A stretch of DNA of 64,000 nucleotides from Bacillota bacterium (GTDB taxonomy: Bacteria > Bacillota > Clostridia > Christensenellales > CAG-314). The DNA lies in the NCBI GenBank assembly GCA_023458375.1, contig JAEWZT010000002.1:264463-328462 (forward strand). The letters run 5' to 3'. A program made the translations under genes and the position numbers. Shown piece by piece: positions 9,817 to 18,657 of the stretch (the stretch's first letter is position 1; each line of letters starts with the position of its first letter). The notes beneath the pieces were generated by a model. The model saw nothing but the letters and a program-made list of their open reading frames with translations. It had not been told where the DNA came from and ran no database searches.

Positions 9817-10394
9817 GAAAGTGCGCTTTCAAACCGTTTTTTCTTTGGGTAGAAAACGCAACCCTCTTTGCGGCATTGCTCGTTTTTAGGAAAATATTTG
9901 CATACGGGGGTTTTTGCGGGCAGATTAATATTTAATAGCTCTTTGATTTTATTAACGCCAGTAAGTACCGCGATATAAGTATCGCGCTTGCAACAGCGCG
10001 GACCGCCGTTTTTTCCTATTTCACTTCCGCACGCAGAAGATATTTCAATAACTTTGTTCCAGCTTTCCCCACTCAAAGGAGTATTCTCCGTAACGATACT
10101 TGCAAATACTCCAACCCCCAGTCCTGCGCCGCACGCACCACATTGAGCGCAATTCCCGCCAGGGATAATAATTGTTCTTTTTGCCGCTATATTTAACTGA
10201 GATTTAAGCTGTTCTTTACTGCCGTATAAATTATTATAGCAAGTGAGAATTGCGGCAGGAACAATAAAATGATGCACAGGACCGTGAATAGGTACTTTCG
10301 GCAAATCCATCAGTTCCGAAACCATTTTGGTGCAATCGACTTGCTTGCTGTCCAAACAAAACTTATATATTTTTTTATATTCTCTATGCATCAT
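9810..10394 (-). CDS. cysteine-rich protein of unknown function (possibly DUF5714-like; metal or Fe-S binding plausible)
   Basis: 194 aa with about 15 Cys, including GNCAQCGACGAGLG, GGPRCCKRD and CRKEGC. Lies 4 nt downstream of the ArsR gene on the same strand. The family name is from memory only. Confidence 0.6.
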   Translation of the reverse strand: MMHREYKKIYKFCLDSKQVDCTKMVSELMDLPKVPIHGPVHHFIVPAAILTCYNNLYGSKEQLKSQLNIAAKRTIIIPGGNCAQCGACGAGLGVGVFASIVTENTPLSGESWNKVIEISSACGSEIGKNGGPRCCKRDTYIAVLTGVNKIKELLNINLPAKTPVCKYFPKNEQCRKEGCVFYPKKKRFESALSK

Positions 10395-10398
10395 TTTT

Positions 10399-10707
10399 CT
10401 ACTCCTTGCAACAGTCTTTTGGGAAATTTTGTATAGTATTTAATTCGGTAATGAAGTTAGTTATGAGATTAAGCCTTTCTTGATTGATTGAATAATAAAC
10501 CCACTTTCCCTCTTTCTGCGCGTCCACTAATATGCTGTCGGTTAGCTGTTTCATATGATAGGATAAGGTCGGTTGCGTAAAATTAAATTCCTCTAAAATC
10601 TTGCAAGCGCAGGTTTTTCCATTTTTAAGCATTGTTATAATTCTAAGCCGCGTTTCGTCGCTCAATGCTTTAAAAATAACCGCATATTCTCCAAAGCCGT
10701 ATTGCAT
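10399..10707 (-). CDS. ArsR/SmtB-family metalloregulatory transcription factor
   Basis: 102 aa. FKALSDETRLRIITMLKNGKTCACKILEEFNFTQPTLSYHMKQL is the ArsR wHTH with a CxC sensing motif. Confidence 0.85.
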   Translation of the reverse strand: MQYGFGEYAVIFKALSDETRLRIITMLKNGKTCACKILEEFNFTQPTLSYHMKQLTDSILVDAQKEGKWVYYSINQERLNLITNFITELNTIQNFPKDCCKE

Positions 10708-10716
10708 AAGAACCTC

Positions 10717-10736
10717 ATATAGATAACTTTCTATAT
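10717..10736. promoter_or_regulatory. candidate ArsR operator
   Basis: Perfect inverted repeat ATATAGA-N6-TCTATAT, 10-30 nt upstream of the arsR-like start codon. Confidence 0.45.
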
Positions 10737-11160
10737 ATTATATGTGGAAAAACATTACTTGTCAAATGTTTTTCTGTATTTTAGAAGATTAAAACGTAAG
10801 TCCTCATTTTCAATAGAAACAAGGTCGGCTACTGTCCGTGGCTTTCTTAATTTGCGTTGCTTTGCCTACGGATATCTTTTGACTTGTCAAAGTTATAAAC
10901 TGTCTATATGTGTGCCTTAGAGATGCTTGCCAAGTTGAAGGGTATTAAGCTTGTATCTTTTTGTATTGCAAGCGACTTTGCTATTGCATTGGCAGCATAA
11001 GAGGTAGCCTTCTAATATTTAAATATATCTCTATCTTGAATTAACTGCGGAATTACTCAAAGGCAATTTTTACGTCTTGACCGTCGTAGCTGTTAAATGC
11101 GGTATTTGCATAAGCAGAATATTATTAGACACTTATATTTTTTCCCCTTTTTTTAAAATA

Positions 11161-11195
11161 ATACTATACAAATACAACTATTGGTTGTATAGTAT
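11161..11195. promoter_or_regulatory. nested palindrome; candidate operator of the LexA-like repressor
   Basis: Outer 11-bp perfect arms ATACTATACAA / TTGTATAGTAT with a 13-nt centre. Inner arms ATACAAC-N5-GTTGTAT. Ends 17 nt before the ATG at 11213 and just before the GAGGT RBS. Confidence 0.5.
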
Positions 11196-11212
11196 TGTAA
11201 GAGGTAAATGCT

Positions 11213-11809
11213 ATGCTGGCAAAAACGTTAAAACAGTTGCGAAAAGAAAAAGGGCTGACGCAGGGGGAACTTGCGGCGCGTTTTGGCGTAACGCAGCAGG
11301 CGATTGCGAAATGGGAAGCGGGCAAGGCTTTGCCCGAGCTTGAAACGGTTTCGCGCATCGCAGCTTTTTTTGGCGTTACAGTTGACTATTTGCTGGGCGG
11401 GGAGAGCTTAGCCGACGCCGCGGCGCCTCTTTCAAACGTGCGCATTATAGGCGCGGTAAGGGCGGGCTATAATGCTTTTGCCCTTGAAGAAGATTTGGGC
11501 AGCGCCTTTGCGCAAGTTAAAGACGGTTCCGCTTACCGCTATCTTTTGGTAAAGGGCGACTCTATGGCGCCCTATATCCGCGAGGGCGACCTTGCGCTCG
11601 TTCATATTCAGCCGCAGCTTAATAACGGCGATTTGGGCGTCGTTATTTACGGCGACAACGAGGCGACGCTTAAAAAATTTTATTATAACGACGGAAAAGT
11701 TACCTTAGTTCCCTTTAACGAAGCTTATGACACTTTAACGCTAAGCGGATGCGAATTGGAAAAGCTTGTAATCTTCGGAAAGGTTTTGGAAACCAAGACC
11801 AACTGGTAA
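11213..11809 (+). CDS. LexA-like repressor: XRE-type HTH + S24 self-cleaving peptidase domain
   Basis: 198 aa. N-terminal LKQLRKEKGLTQGELAARFGVTQQAIAKWEAG (HTH_3), a possible Ala-Gly cleavage site (VRAGYN), an S24 serine motif KGDSMAPYIREGD, and a downstream Lys (ATLKKF). Confidence 0.85.
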   Translation: MLAKTLKQLRKEKGLTQGELAARFGVTQQAIAKWEAGKALPELETVSRIAAFFGVTVDYLLGGESLADAAAPLSNVRIIGAVRAGYNAFALEEDLGSAFAQVKDGSAYRYLLVKGDSMAPYIREGDLALVHIQPQLNNGDLGVVIYGDNEATLKKFYYNDGKVTLVPFNEAYDTLTLSGCELEKLVIFGKVLETKTNW

Positions 11810-11820
11810 CGGTGCAGCGT

Positions 11821-13137
11821 ATGGAATTAATGGAAAAGCTTACAATCCTTGCCGACAGCGCCAAATACGACGCGGCTTGCACCTCGTCGGGGGCGGACCG
11901 GCAAGGCAAAACCGTCGCCGCAGGCTGCTGCCATTCTTTTTCCGCCGACGGCAGGTGCATAAGTCTGCTAAAAGTGCTGCTGACCAACTATTGCATTTAT
12001 GACTGTAAGTATTGCGTCAACAGGGCGAGCAACGACTGCAAACGAACCGCTTTTACTCCGCAGGAACTTGCCAAGCTTACGGTAGAGTTTTACAGACGCA
12101 ATTATATTGAAGGGCTGTTTTTGTCCAGCGGCATTATCCGCAGCCCCGACTACACAATGGAGCAGATGATTTCCGTTTTGCAACTTTTGCGCTACAATTA
12201 CAACTTCTGGGGCTATATCCACGCCAAGGCAATTCCCGGCGCAAGCCCCGAGCTTGTCCGCCGCATGGGGTTTTTGGCTGACCGGCTAAGCGTTAATGTG
12301 GAATTGCCCAGCGAGCAAAGCCTTAGCCTTCTCGCCCCCGACAAAAAGCGTGAGGCTATTTTTTCGCCCATGAACCAAATATGCAGGGAAGTCAAGGAAA
12401 ACCGCCAGGAGCTTGTGGTATATAAAAAGGCGCAGACCTTTGCGTCGGCGGGGCAGGCTACGCAAATGATTATAGGCGCAAGCCCCGAAACGGACTTTCA
12501 AATTATTACCCTTGCCTCGGCGCTTTATAGTAAATACGCTTTAAAGCGCGTCTTTTACTCGGCATATATTCCCGCGGTGGAAGACTCACTTTTACCTGCG
12601 CTTAACGTAAAGCCGCCCCTTTTGCGCGAGCACCGCCTTTACCAGGCGGACTGGCTGATGCGCCAATACGGCTTTAAGGCGGAAGAAATTTTAAGTCCCC
12701 AAACGCCCAACTTCAACCCTTACCTTGACCCTAAATGCAACTGGGCAATAAATAATTTGGGGAATTTTCCCGTTGACGTAAATTCCGCCTCCCTTGACGT
12801 TTTACTGCGCGTGCCCGGCATCGGACCCACAAGCGCAAGGCGTATCGTAGTCGCGCGCAGAAACGGCAAACTGGGGCTTGCCGAGCTTAAACGACTGGGG
12901 GTGGTGTTAAAGCGGGCGAAGTATTTTATTAGCGCTTCCGACCTGCTTTCAAACGCGGGGCTTAGCAAAGAAATGACGGTTCGCGCGCTGATAGACCCAA
13001 AGGTTTATTCTTTCGGCGTTGAGCAGTTATCTTTTTTTGAGTTTGGAAAAGGGTTGCGCCTGCCGACGGCGCAAGACGTAAAATCGGTAACGGAAGGGGT
13101 GGAGGAAGCGGTGTTATGCCTGACGTCAAGCATTTAG
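11821..13137 (+). CDS. putative DNA modification/repair radical-SAM protein (TIGR03916-like)
   Basis: Start moved to ATG 11821 (MELMEKLTILADSAKYDAACTSSG), 12 nt after the repressor stop. Radical-SAM CxxxCxxC is CIYDCKYCVN. C-terminal helix-hairpin-helix is LLRVPGIGPTSARRIV. Confidence 0.85.
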   Translation: MELMEKLTILADSAKYDAACTSSGADRQGKTVAAGCCHSFSADGRCISLLKVLLTNYCIYDCKYCVNRASNDCKRTAFTPQELAKLTVEFYRRNYIEGLFLSSGIIRSPDYTMEQMISVLQLLRYNYNFWGYIHAKAIPGASPELVRRMGFLADRLSVNVELPSEQSLSLLAPDKKREAIFSPMNQICREVKENRQELVVYKKAQTFASAGQATQMIIGASPETDFQIITLASALYSKYALKRVFYSAYIPAVEDSLLPALNVKPPLLREHRLYQADWLMRQYGFKAEEILSPQTPNFNPYLDPKCNWAINNLGNFPVDVNSASLDVLLRVPGIGPTSARRIVVARRNGKLGLAELKRLGVVLKRAKYFISASDLLSNAGLSKEMTVRALIDPKVYSFGVEQLSFFEFGKGLRLPTAQDVKSVTEGVEEAVLCLTSSI

Positions 13138-13901
13138 AAAAAGCCGCACACGTCGTTTATATTTATGACGGCAGCTTTGAGGGTTTTTTGTGCTGTGTGT
13201 TTGAAAGCGTTTATTTAAAGGAGTTTCCCTTTGACATTTTGCGCGAGGAAGAAGGGCAATTGACGCTTTTGGACGCAAGGCTTATTTTAACGGAGGGCAA
13301 AAAGGCTGAGCGCGTGCGTAAATCAATTCCTTTAAGAATTTCGCAGCGCGCCCTTGAACTTGCGGTAAGGGTGTTTTGCAGCGCTTTGGCAAGAAAAGAA
13401 ATGCTGCTTTTAGAGTTTCTTTTGCGCGGTTACAAAGAGGGGGGAAAGATTTGCTTTATGCTGGCGGACCCCCTTGTTTCGCCCCTTTTGAAAGCGGAAA
13501 AGCACCTTTTGGGCGAAGCCCACCTTTTAAAGGGGTTTGTGCGCTTTGCCGACGCAGGCGGCGCGCTTGTCGCGGCAATTTCTCCCAAAAACTTTATTCT
13601 GCCCTTTATAGCGCAGCATTTTGTTATGCGCTACGATAAAGAGCGGTTTATGATTTTTGATAAAACCAACAAGGCGGCGCTGCTTTATCAAGGGGGAAAT
13701 GCGGAAATTGTCCGCGTTGACGGTATGGAATTTCCAGATATTTCGCAGGAAGAGGAAAGATATCAGGCGCTTTGGAAGGGTTTTTACAATACCATTGCAA
13801 TTAAAAGCCGCGAAAATCCGCGTTGCAGAATGACGCATATGCCCAAAAGATATTGGGAGAATATGACGGAAGTAAGCGAGCTTGTGCGCCCGAAAAATTA
13901 A
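13116..13901 (+). CDS. DUF4130 / TIGR03915-like 'probable DNA metabolism protein' (partner of the radical-SAM protein)
   Basis: 261 aa, overlapping the radical-SAM gene by 22 nt. Blocks YIYDGSFEGFLCCVFES, GFVRF, FYNTIAIKSRENPRCRMTHMPKRYWENMTE match my memory of this family. Confidence 0.8.
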   Translation: MPDVKHLEKAAHVVYIYDGSFEGFLCCVFESVYLKEFPFDILREEEGQLTLLDARLILTEGKKAERVRKSIPLRISQRALELAVRVFCSALARKEMLLLEFLLRGYKEGGKICFMLADPLVSPLLKAEKHLLGEAHLLKGFVRFADAGGALVAAISPKNFILPFIAQHFVMRYDKERFMIFDKTNKAALLYQGGNAEIVRVDGMEFPDISQEEERYQALWKGFYNTIAIKSRENPRCRMTHMPKRYWENMTEVSELVRPKN

Positions 13902-13990
13902 GCGCGAACCTAAACATCAGCTTAAATGTTGTTTTTGTGGGGTTTTGTGCTATATTATATTTATAGCGGAAAATTATTGTGGAGGAATAA

Positions 13991-14278
13991 ATGCTATACT
14001 GCGAAAAATGCATGCGCTTTGCGGGGGATTGTTACTGCGGCGCAAGAAAATATAGAGAAATAAAAGAAAACGACCCCGTATTTTTGACGGTGAAGGACGC
14101 GCTTACCTCGGGTCAAATTGAACCCATACTTAACGAAAACAACATACCTTATATCAAAAGGGGCAGGCTGGGCGCGGGGCTTGTTACCAGGTTAGGACCC
14201 ATGCTTGAAACATACACCTTTTTCGTCCCCTACGGCGCTTATGAGAAGGCGAAAGACCTTATTGCCGTTTTTGAATAG
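13991..14278 (+). CDS. small hypothetical protein with N-terminal Cys cluster (DUF2007-like fold possible)
   Basis: 95 aa with CEKC..CYC at the N-terminus. GGAGGA RBS 7 nt upstream of the ATG. Confidence 0.5.
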   Translation: MLYCEKCMRFAGDCYCGARKYREIKENDPVFLTVKDALTSGQIEPILNENNIPYIKRGRLGAGLVTRLGPMLETYTFFVPYGAYEKAKDLIAVFE

Positions 14279-14575
14279 CGGTTTCTTTTAGGAGTTGAAG
14301 CCCTTATTAAGGCGCGGAACGCTTAAAATTGCGCCTTTATATTATTTCTTGCGTTTAATTTTCTAACCGATTGCATATTTCCGTTTTTATAAATAAGCAT
14401 ATCAAAATAAAATGGCTGCTGACGCGTTTTTAAGACGCGCCGCTATTTCTCAAAAGGTTTAAGCTTTGCAATAGTTCAAAAGTATTTGCTATACAAAAAC
14501 AATAAACTTGCGGCATTTTTCGTTGCCTTAGCTCATCAGGAGTTGCCGCTTCCCAAAGGGTTAAAACGCAAGTCG

Positions 14576-15586
14576 TTATCTTTTTAAAAGCTTTGGCGCA
14601 TTTGCAAGCGTTTGTGGGTTTGTTTTTTGGGGGCGCAAATGTGCGCTGTAATACTCTCCCTCTTCTTTATATACTGACGCCCTGTTGTGGGAAAGCAGCT
14701 TTGTAATGTTATTCATATCTATCCAGATTTCCTTAGGTCCCTGATACTGGCATTCGTCAAAAATAAGCTGCATTCCGATATGCAGGTGTGGCGAGCACTT
14801 CATATTTGTATTTTCCTTAGTGCTGTAACCCGTTACGCCCAAATACCCTATAACCTGCCCCGCAGTTATTGTAGCGCCCTTAATAAGCCCCGCGGCATAG
14901 GGTTTATTTTTTCTTAAATGCGCGTAGTAGTAGGAACGTTTTTTGTCAAAAGAGCGGATACTTATGCGCCAGCCGCCGTATTTGTTCCAACCCAGTTCGG
15001 TAACGGTGCCACCTTCAACGGCAACAATGGGGGTTCCTATTGAACCCATCATGTCGTGCCCTAAATGCCGCCTTTTGTAGCCGTAAGAGCGGCCGCTGCC
15101 GAAATCGTCGTAGTGCGAATACCAATACCCCGTGGGAAAAGGGTGGAAGTTTTTTAGCCCGTAAGTTTTTTCGCCGTTTGCAAGGGTATATTCCCCGATA
15201 AACTCGTTAAAAATCGCTCCGTAAGCTTCAACGTAATATTTGTAATACTTGTTTTCGCCGTAAAAATCGTCTATATTTTTCCCTTCTTTAAGCTTGTAAA
15301 CGAGATTCGAAAGCTCTTTTATATCTTTTTTGGCGGAAAAATTATTGCCGTTTTTAACGGCAAGATAGGCAAGAGCCTTTACGAAGTCAAAATGCGCAGT
15401 TTCCGAATCATAAAATTGCCTGTCGTATTCGTATGCCGACAAAAGCACCTCGTAGGGTATTTTATTGTCCACCCATTTTATAAAAGTTTTTTCTTCCGCC
15501 TTGGCGGCGCTGACGCAAAAGCCGCCGCAAAGCGCTGCAATCCATACCGCCAGCAAAATTATGCCGACTCTTTTCTTGAAATCCAT
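14576..15586 (-). CDS. secreted M23-family metallopeptidase
   Basis: 336 aa with a signal peptide (ILLAVWIAALCGGFCVSAAKA), HLGHDMM (HxxxD), and PHLHIGM (HxH). Confidence 0.85.
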   Translation of the reverse strand: MDFKKRVGIILLAVWIAALCGGFCVSAAKAEEKTFIKWVDNKIPYEVLLSAYEYDRQFYDSETAHFDFVKALAYLAVKNGNNFSAKKDIKELSNLVYKLKEGKNIDDFYGENKYYKYYVEAYGAIFNEFIGEYTLANGEKTYGLKNFHPFPTGYWYSHYDDFGSGRSYGYKRRHLGHDMMGSIGTPIVAVEGGTVTELGWNKYGGWRISIRSFDKKRSYYYAHLRKNKPYAAGLIKGATITAGQVIGYLGVTGYSTKENTNMKCSPHLHIGMQLIFDECQYQGPKEIWIDMNNITKLLSHNRASVYKEEGEYYSAHLRPQKTNPQTLANAPKLLKR

Positions 15587-15743
15587 AATCCTATTTTCTG
15601 CGCAACACGCGAAAAATATTTTAGCGGCGATAAGAACAAGTATCTTAAATTAAGCCGCGTTTAAGTTAACCGTAATTTTGGCAAACTTTTAATTAAATAT
15701 TTCTTTTTTTGCAAACACTATAAGCAAAAGGAAATAAAATGTT

Positions 15744-16505
15744 ATGGAATACTCTCTTTTTAATGCCGCGCATTTAATTACGCTTGGAATTTTCGCCTTA
15801 ATGGGCGTTGTATTTTTCTTTTTGGTTACTAAGCTTAAACAGTCGGAAGCTTGGAAAGAGCGTATTTTTCAGATTTTGGCGATATTTAACTTTATCGTGC
15901 ATATAAGCATTGTGTGGTATTTGTTTATTACAAAAGACTCAATTTTTGTAATTCCCTTTAATTTGCTGTGGCCCCTTGCGACGTGCAATATCGTGGTGTT
16001 TTTCAATCTCGTTATATGCGTTATGAATAAGCAGTCAAAAGTTTTTAAGTTTATCGCCGCCTTTTGCGTGTGGATGGGTATAATAGGCGGGGTGCTAAGC
16101 CTGCTTGCCGGAAAAACCGGTCCCGTTGACTTTGACAATGTGAGGTCGCTTTTCAGCCACTTTATAATGATTTTAACTTCAACTTATATTTTTATAGCGG
16201 GATACGTTAAAATATCGGTAAATAATCTGTTCCCCGTCGCCGCAGGCTTAGTTTTTAACGGATTGCTGGGGTTTGTAACCAACTGGATATTTTACCTTAA
16301 AGGGTGGGCGGACCAAAACGCCATGTGGCTGCACGACGGCTTAATACCGGGGGTCGCCGCCACAAGGGGCTACTATGTGGCTCTTTACGCGCTTGCGATT
16401 ATATTTATTTTTACGGCAATTTACGAACAAATAAAGTTAAAAAAAGGCAGCCGCTGGTATAACAGGCTGGCAAATTTTTTCAAGGCAAAAAGCGATAAAG
16501 GCTAA
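15744..16505 (+). CDS. polytopic integral membrane protein (possibly YwaF/TMEM164-like)
   Basis: 253 aa with about 7 hydrophobic segments. The family guess is from general resemblance only. Confidence 0.6.
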   Translation: MEYSLFNAAHLITLGIFALMGVVFFFLVTKLKQSEAWKERIFQILAIFNFIVHISIVWYLFITKDSIFVIPFNLLWPLATCNIVVFFNLVICVMNKQSKVFKFIAAFCVWMGIIGGVLSLLAGKTGPVDFDNVRSLFSHFIMILTSTYIFIAGYVKISVNNLFPVAAGLVFNGLLGFVTNWIFYLKGWADQNAMWLHDGLIPGVAATRGYYVALYALAIIFIFTAIYEQIKLKKGSRWYNRLANFFKAKSDKG

Positions 16506-16672
16506 TGTGAGTATTTATGGTTTGCCACAAATTATTATTATTACTATTGACAAATTAATTTTAAGGCATATCATTTGAATTAGACAATTTTAATTATTAC
16601 TATTTATTATTACTTTTAGCAGATAAGTCGTTTACAAAAGATGCCAATTTAATTTTTTAGGAGGATACTGTA

Positions 16673-16855
16673 TTGAAAACCAAGTGGCTGATTATCGTAG
16701 GAATAATCTTTTTAATTTGCGTATTTGTCGTCGCCTTTACGGCTTTTTCAGGTGATAATGAGTTTCAATACCCTTTCTTGGTCTTAGGGGGTATTCAGGG
16801 ATTTATTCTTATCGGCATAGGGGAAATAATAGACCATCTTAAAGGAGGGAAATAA
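16673..16855 (+). CDS. small two-TM membrane protein
   Basis: 60 aa. AGGAGG RBS 8 nt upstream of a TTG start. A TTGACA-N17-TATCAT promoter-like sequence lies at about 16549-16577, and a hairpin terminator at 16890-16925. Confidence 0.4.
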   Translation: MKTKWLIIVGIIFLICVFVVAFTAFSGDNEFQYPFLVLGGIQGFILIGIGEIIDHLKGGK

Positions 16856-16891
16856 ATAAAGCCGCAATTAACGTCCGCAGGGTTTAAAAAA

Positions 16892-17397
16892 TCAGCCCCT
16901 TGCATTAGAAAAGAGGCTGATTTTTAATTTAAACCGCTTACTGTTTTTAAGAATAAAATTGTATTTGTAGTCGTCACCTTCGTAGGCTTTGCGCTTGCGG
17001 GCAATTGTCTTTGTAAAGCCCGGTTCGTTATAGATATGCCTTGCAACCGCATTATTGGCTTTAAGCCCACGGTAAACTCGCTGTATCCGCTTGCCGAAAG
17101 TTCGTATATAACCCTCTTTAATAGCTTTTTTCCCAGCCCCTTATTTTGAAAACAGCTTGCGACGCGGAAAGCGTATAAATACGCGCGCCTGCCGTAAACC
17201 GCAAACTCATTGTCGCCGCTTACAAATTTTGCTCTGAGTTCGCCCGCTATTTTACCTTTAATATAGAGCGCCCAAACAGCATTTATTTGCTGTTTATATC
17301 GCGGCTGCTTTCTGAAATCATTTTGTCGGGGTCTTTATACTGATGCAGGCAAAGCAAGTTTGGGCAGTTTTGTCTCATTAAGTTTTTTTATAATCAT
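16892..17397 (-). pseudogene. GNAT-family N-acetyltransferase, disrupted by at least 3 frame changes
   Basis: No ORF of 60 aa or more across 600 bp, but the minus-strand translation gives these pieces: MIIKKLNETKLPKLALPASV*; ..NAVWALYIKGKIAGELRAKFVSGDNEFAVYGRRAYLYAFRVASCFQNKGLGKK (GNAT motif A); then, in another frame, AIKEGYIRTFGKRIQRVYRGLKANNAVARHIYNEPGFTK. One shift maps to the T6 run at 17126-17131. Confidence 0.6.
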
Positions 17398-17454
17398 AAC
17401 CCGATTACCTCTGCGCAGCTAAACATATTAAAAAGGTTACTTATAGTAAGGGTT

Positions 17455-18657
17455 TTACTTTTTCACTTTCTTTTCGTTGTAGGCGATGATGCCCAGCGCC
17501 AAAAGGTCAAGGGCGCGCACTAAGTCGCGCTGGCACAAAACGTAGGCGATGCGCACTTCCTGCTTTCCTTTGCCTTTGGTTGCGTAAAAGCCTTCGCCGG
17601 GGGCAAACATTACCGTTTCGTTGTTGTGCGAAAACTCCGACAGCATAAAGCTTTGGAAAGCGTCGGCGTCGTCAACGGGCAGTTTAGCCATAATATAAAA
17701 GGCGCCTTGCGGGGGGCGGCAGACTACGCCCTCAATGGATTTAAGTTTTTTGTAGCAGGCGTCGCGGCGCGCCTTGTATTCGCTGCGCGCGGCGTCAAAG
17801 TAGCCGCCCTGCATATTGTAAAGCGCCGCCGAAGCGATTTGGTCAAGCGTCGCCACCGAAAGCCTTGCCTGGCATAATTTTGTGATTTGCGTTTGCAACG
17901 CCCTGTGGCAGGTGATAACGCACCCTATCCTCGCGCCGCAGGCGGAAAACCGTTTGCTTACGGTATCCACAATTACCGCGTTTTCGCGTATATCTTCAAA
18001 CTCGCCAATGCACGCAAGCCTTTCGCCGCCGTAAACGAACTCCCTGTAAGCTTCGTCGCCTATAATAAAGAGGTTATATTCCTTTGCGATGTCCGCCAGC
18101 AGCCTCATTTCTTCCCTTGTTAAAACGTTCCCCGTGGGGTTGCCGGGATTGGTAAACATTATAGCGCGCGTTTTTTCGTTTATAAGCGGAACTATCCTTT
18201 CTCTTACGGCATATTTAAAACCTTCCTCAACGCTTGTCGCAAGGGGACGTATTACGCCGCCCGCAGCCTTAACGAAAGTGCTGTAATTAGGATAAAAAGG
18301 CTCGGGAATAATGATTTCGCTTCCCTCGTCCAAAATAGAAAGCATCACCATTTGAAGCGCTTCGCTTCCCCCCGTTGTAATAAATACTTCCTCGCGGCTG
18401 TAATTTAAGCCTAATTTGGAATAGTAGCCGCGCACCGCGTCAATAAGCAGCAAAATACCGTTGCTGGGCGCGTAGTCCAAAACGGGCTGTGAAAAGTTTT
18501 TTACAGCGTCAAAATAAGCCGCCGGCGTTGCTATGTCGGGCTGACCTATGTTAAGGTGATAAATTTTAATTCCCTTTTCCTTTGCTTTGACGGCGAGGGG
18601 GTGGTATTTTCTCATGGGCGACAAGTCGCATGAGTTGGCTTTGGCTGATATTTGCAT
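17455..18657 (-). CDS. class I/II pyridoxal-phosphate-dependent aminotransferase (aspartate/aromatic type)
   Basis: 400 aa with NPGNPTG, DEAY and SKRFSACGARIG (PLP lysine) motifs. Confidence 0.85.
   Translation of the reverse strand: MQISAKANSCDLSPMRKYHPLAVKAKEKGIKIYHLNIGQPDIATPAAYFDAVKNFSQPVLDYAPSNGILLLIDAVRGYYSKLGLNYSREEVFITTGGSEALQMVMLSILDEGSEIIIPEPFYPNYSTFVKAAGGVIRPLATSVEEGFKYAVRERIVPLINEKTRAIMFTNPGNPTGNVLTREEMRLLADIAKEYNLFIIGDEAYREFVYGGERLACIGEFEDIRENAVIVDTVSKRFSACGARIGCVITCHRALQTQITKLCQARLSVATLDQIASAALYNMQGGYFDAARSEYKARRDACYKKLKSIEGVVCRPPQGAFYIMAKLPVDDADAFQSFMLSEFSHNNETVMFAPGEGFYATKGKGKQEVRIAYVLCQRDLVRALDLLALGIIAYNEKKVKK

Noticed and set aside
11749-11820. Track start (11749) for the radical-SAM gene, overlapping the LexA-like gene by 61 nt.
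   Set aside because: The family-typical N-terminus (MELMEKLTILADSAKYD...) begins at ATG 11821, just after the repressor stop. The upstream extension is translated from the repressor's coding region in another frame.
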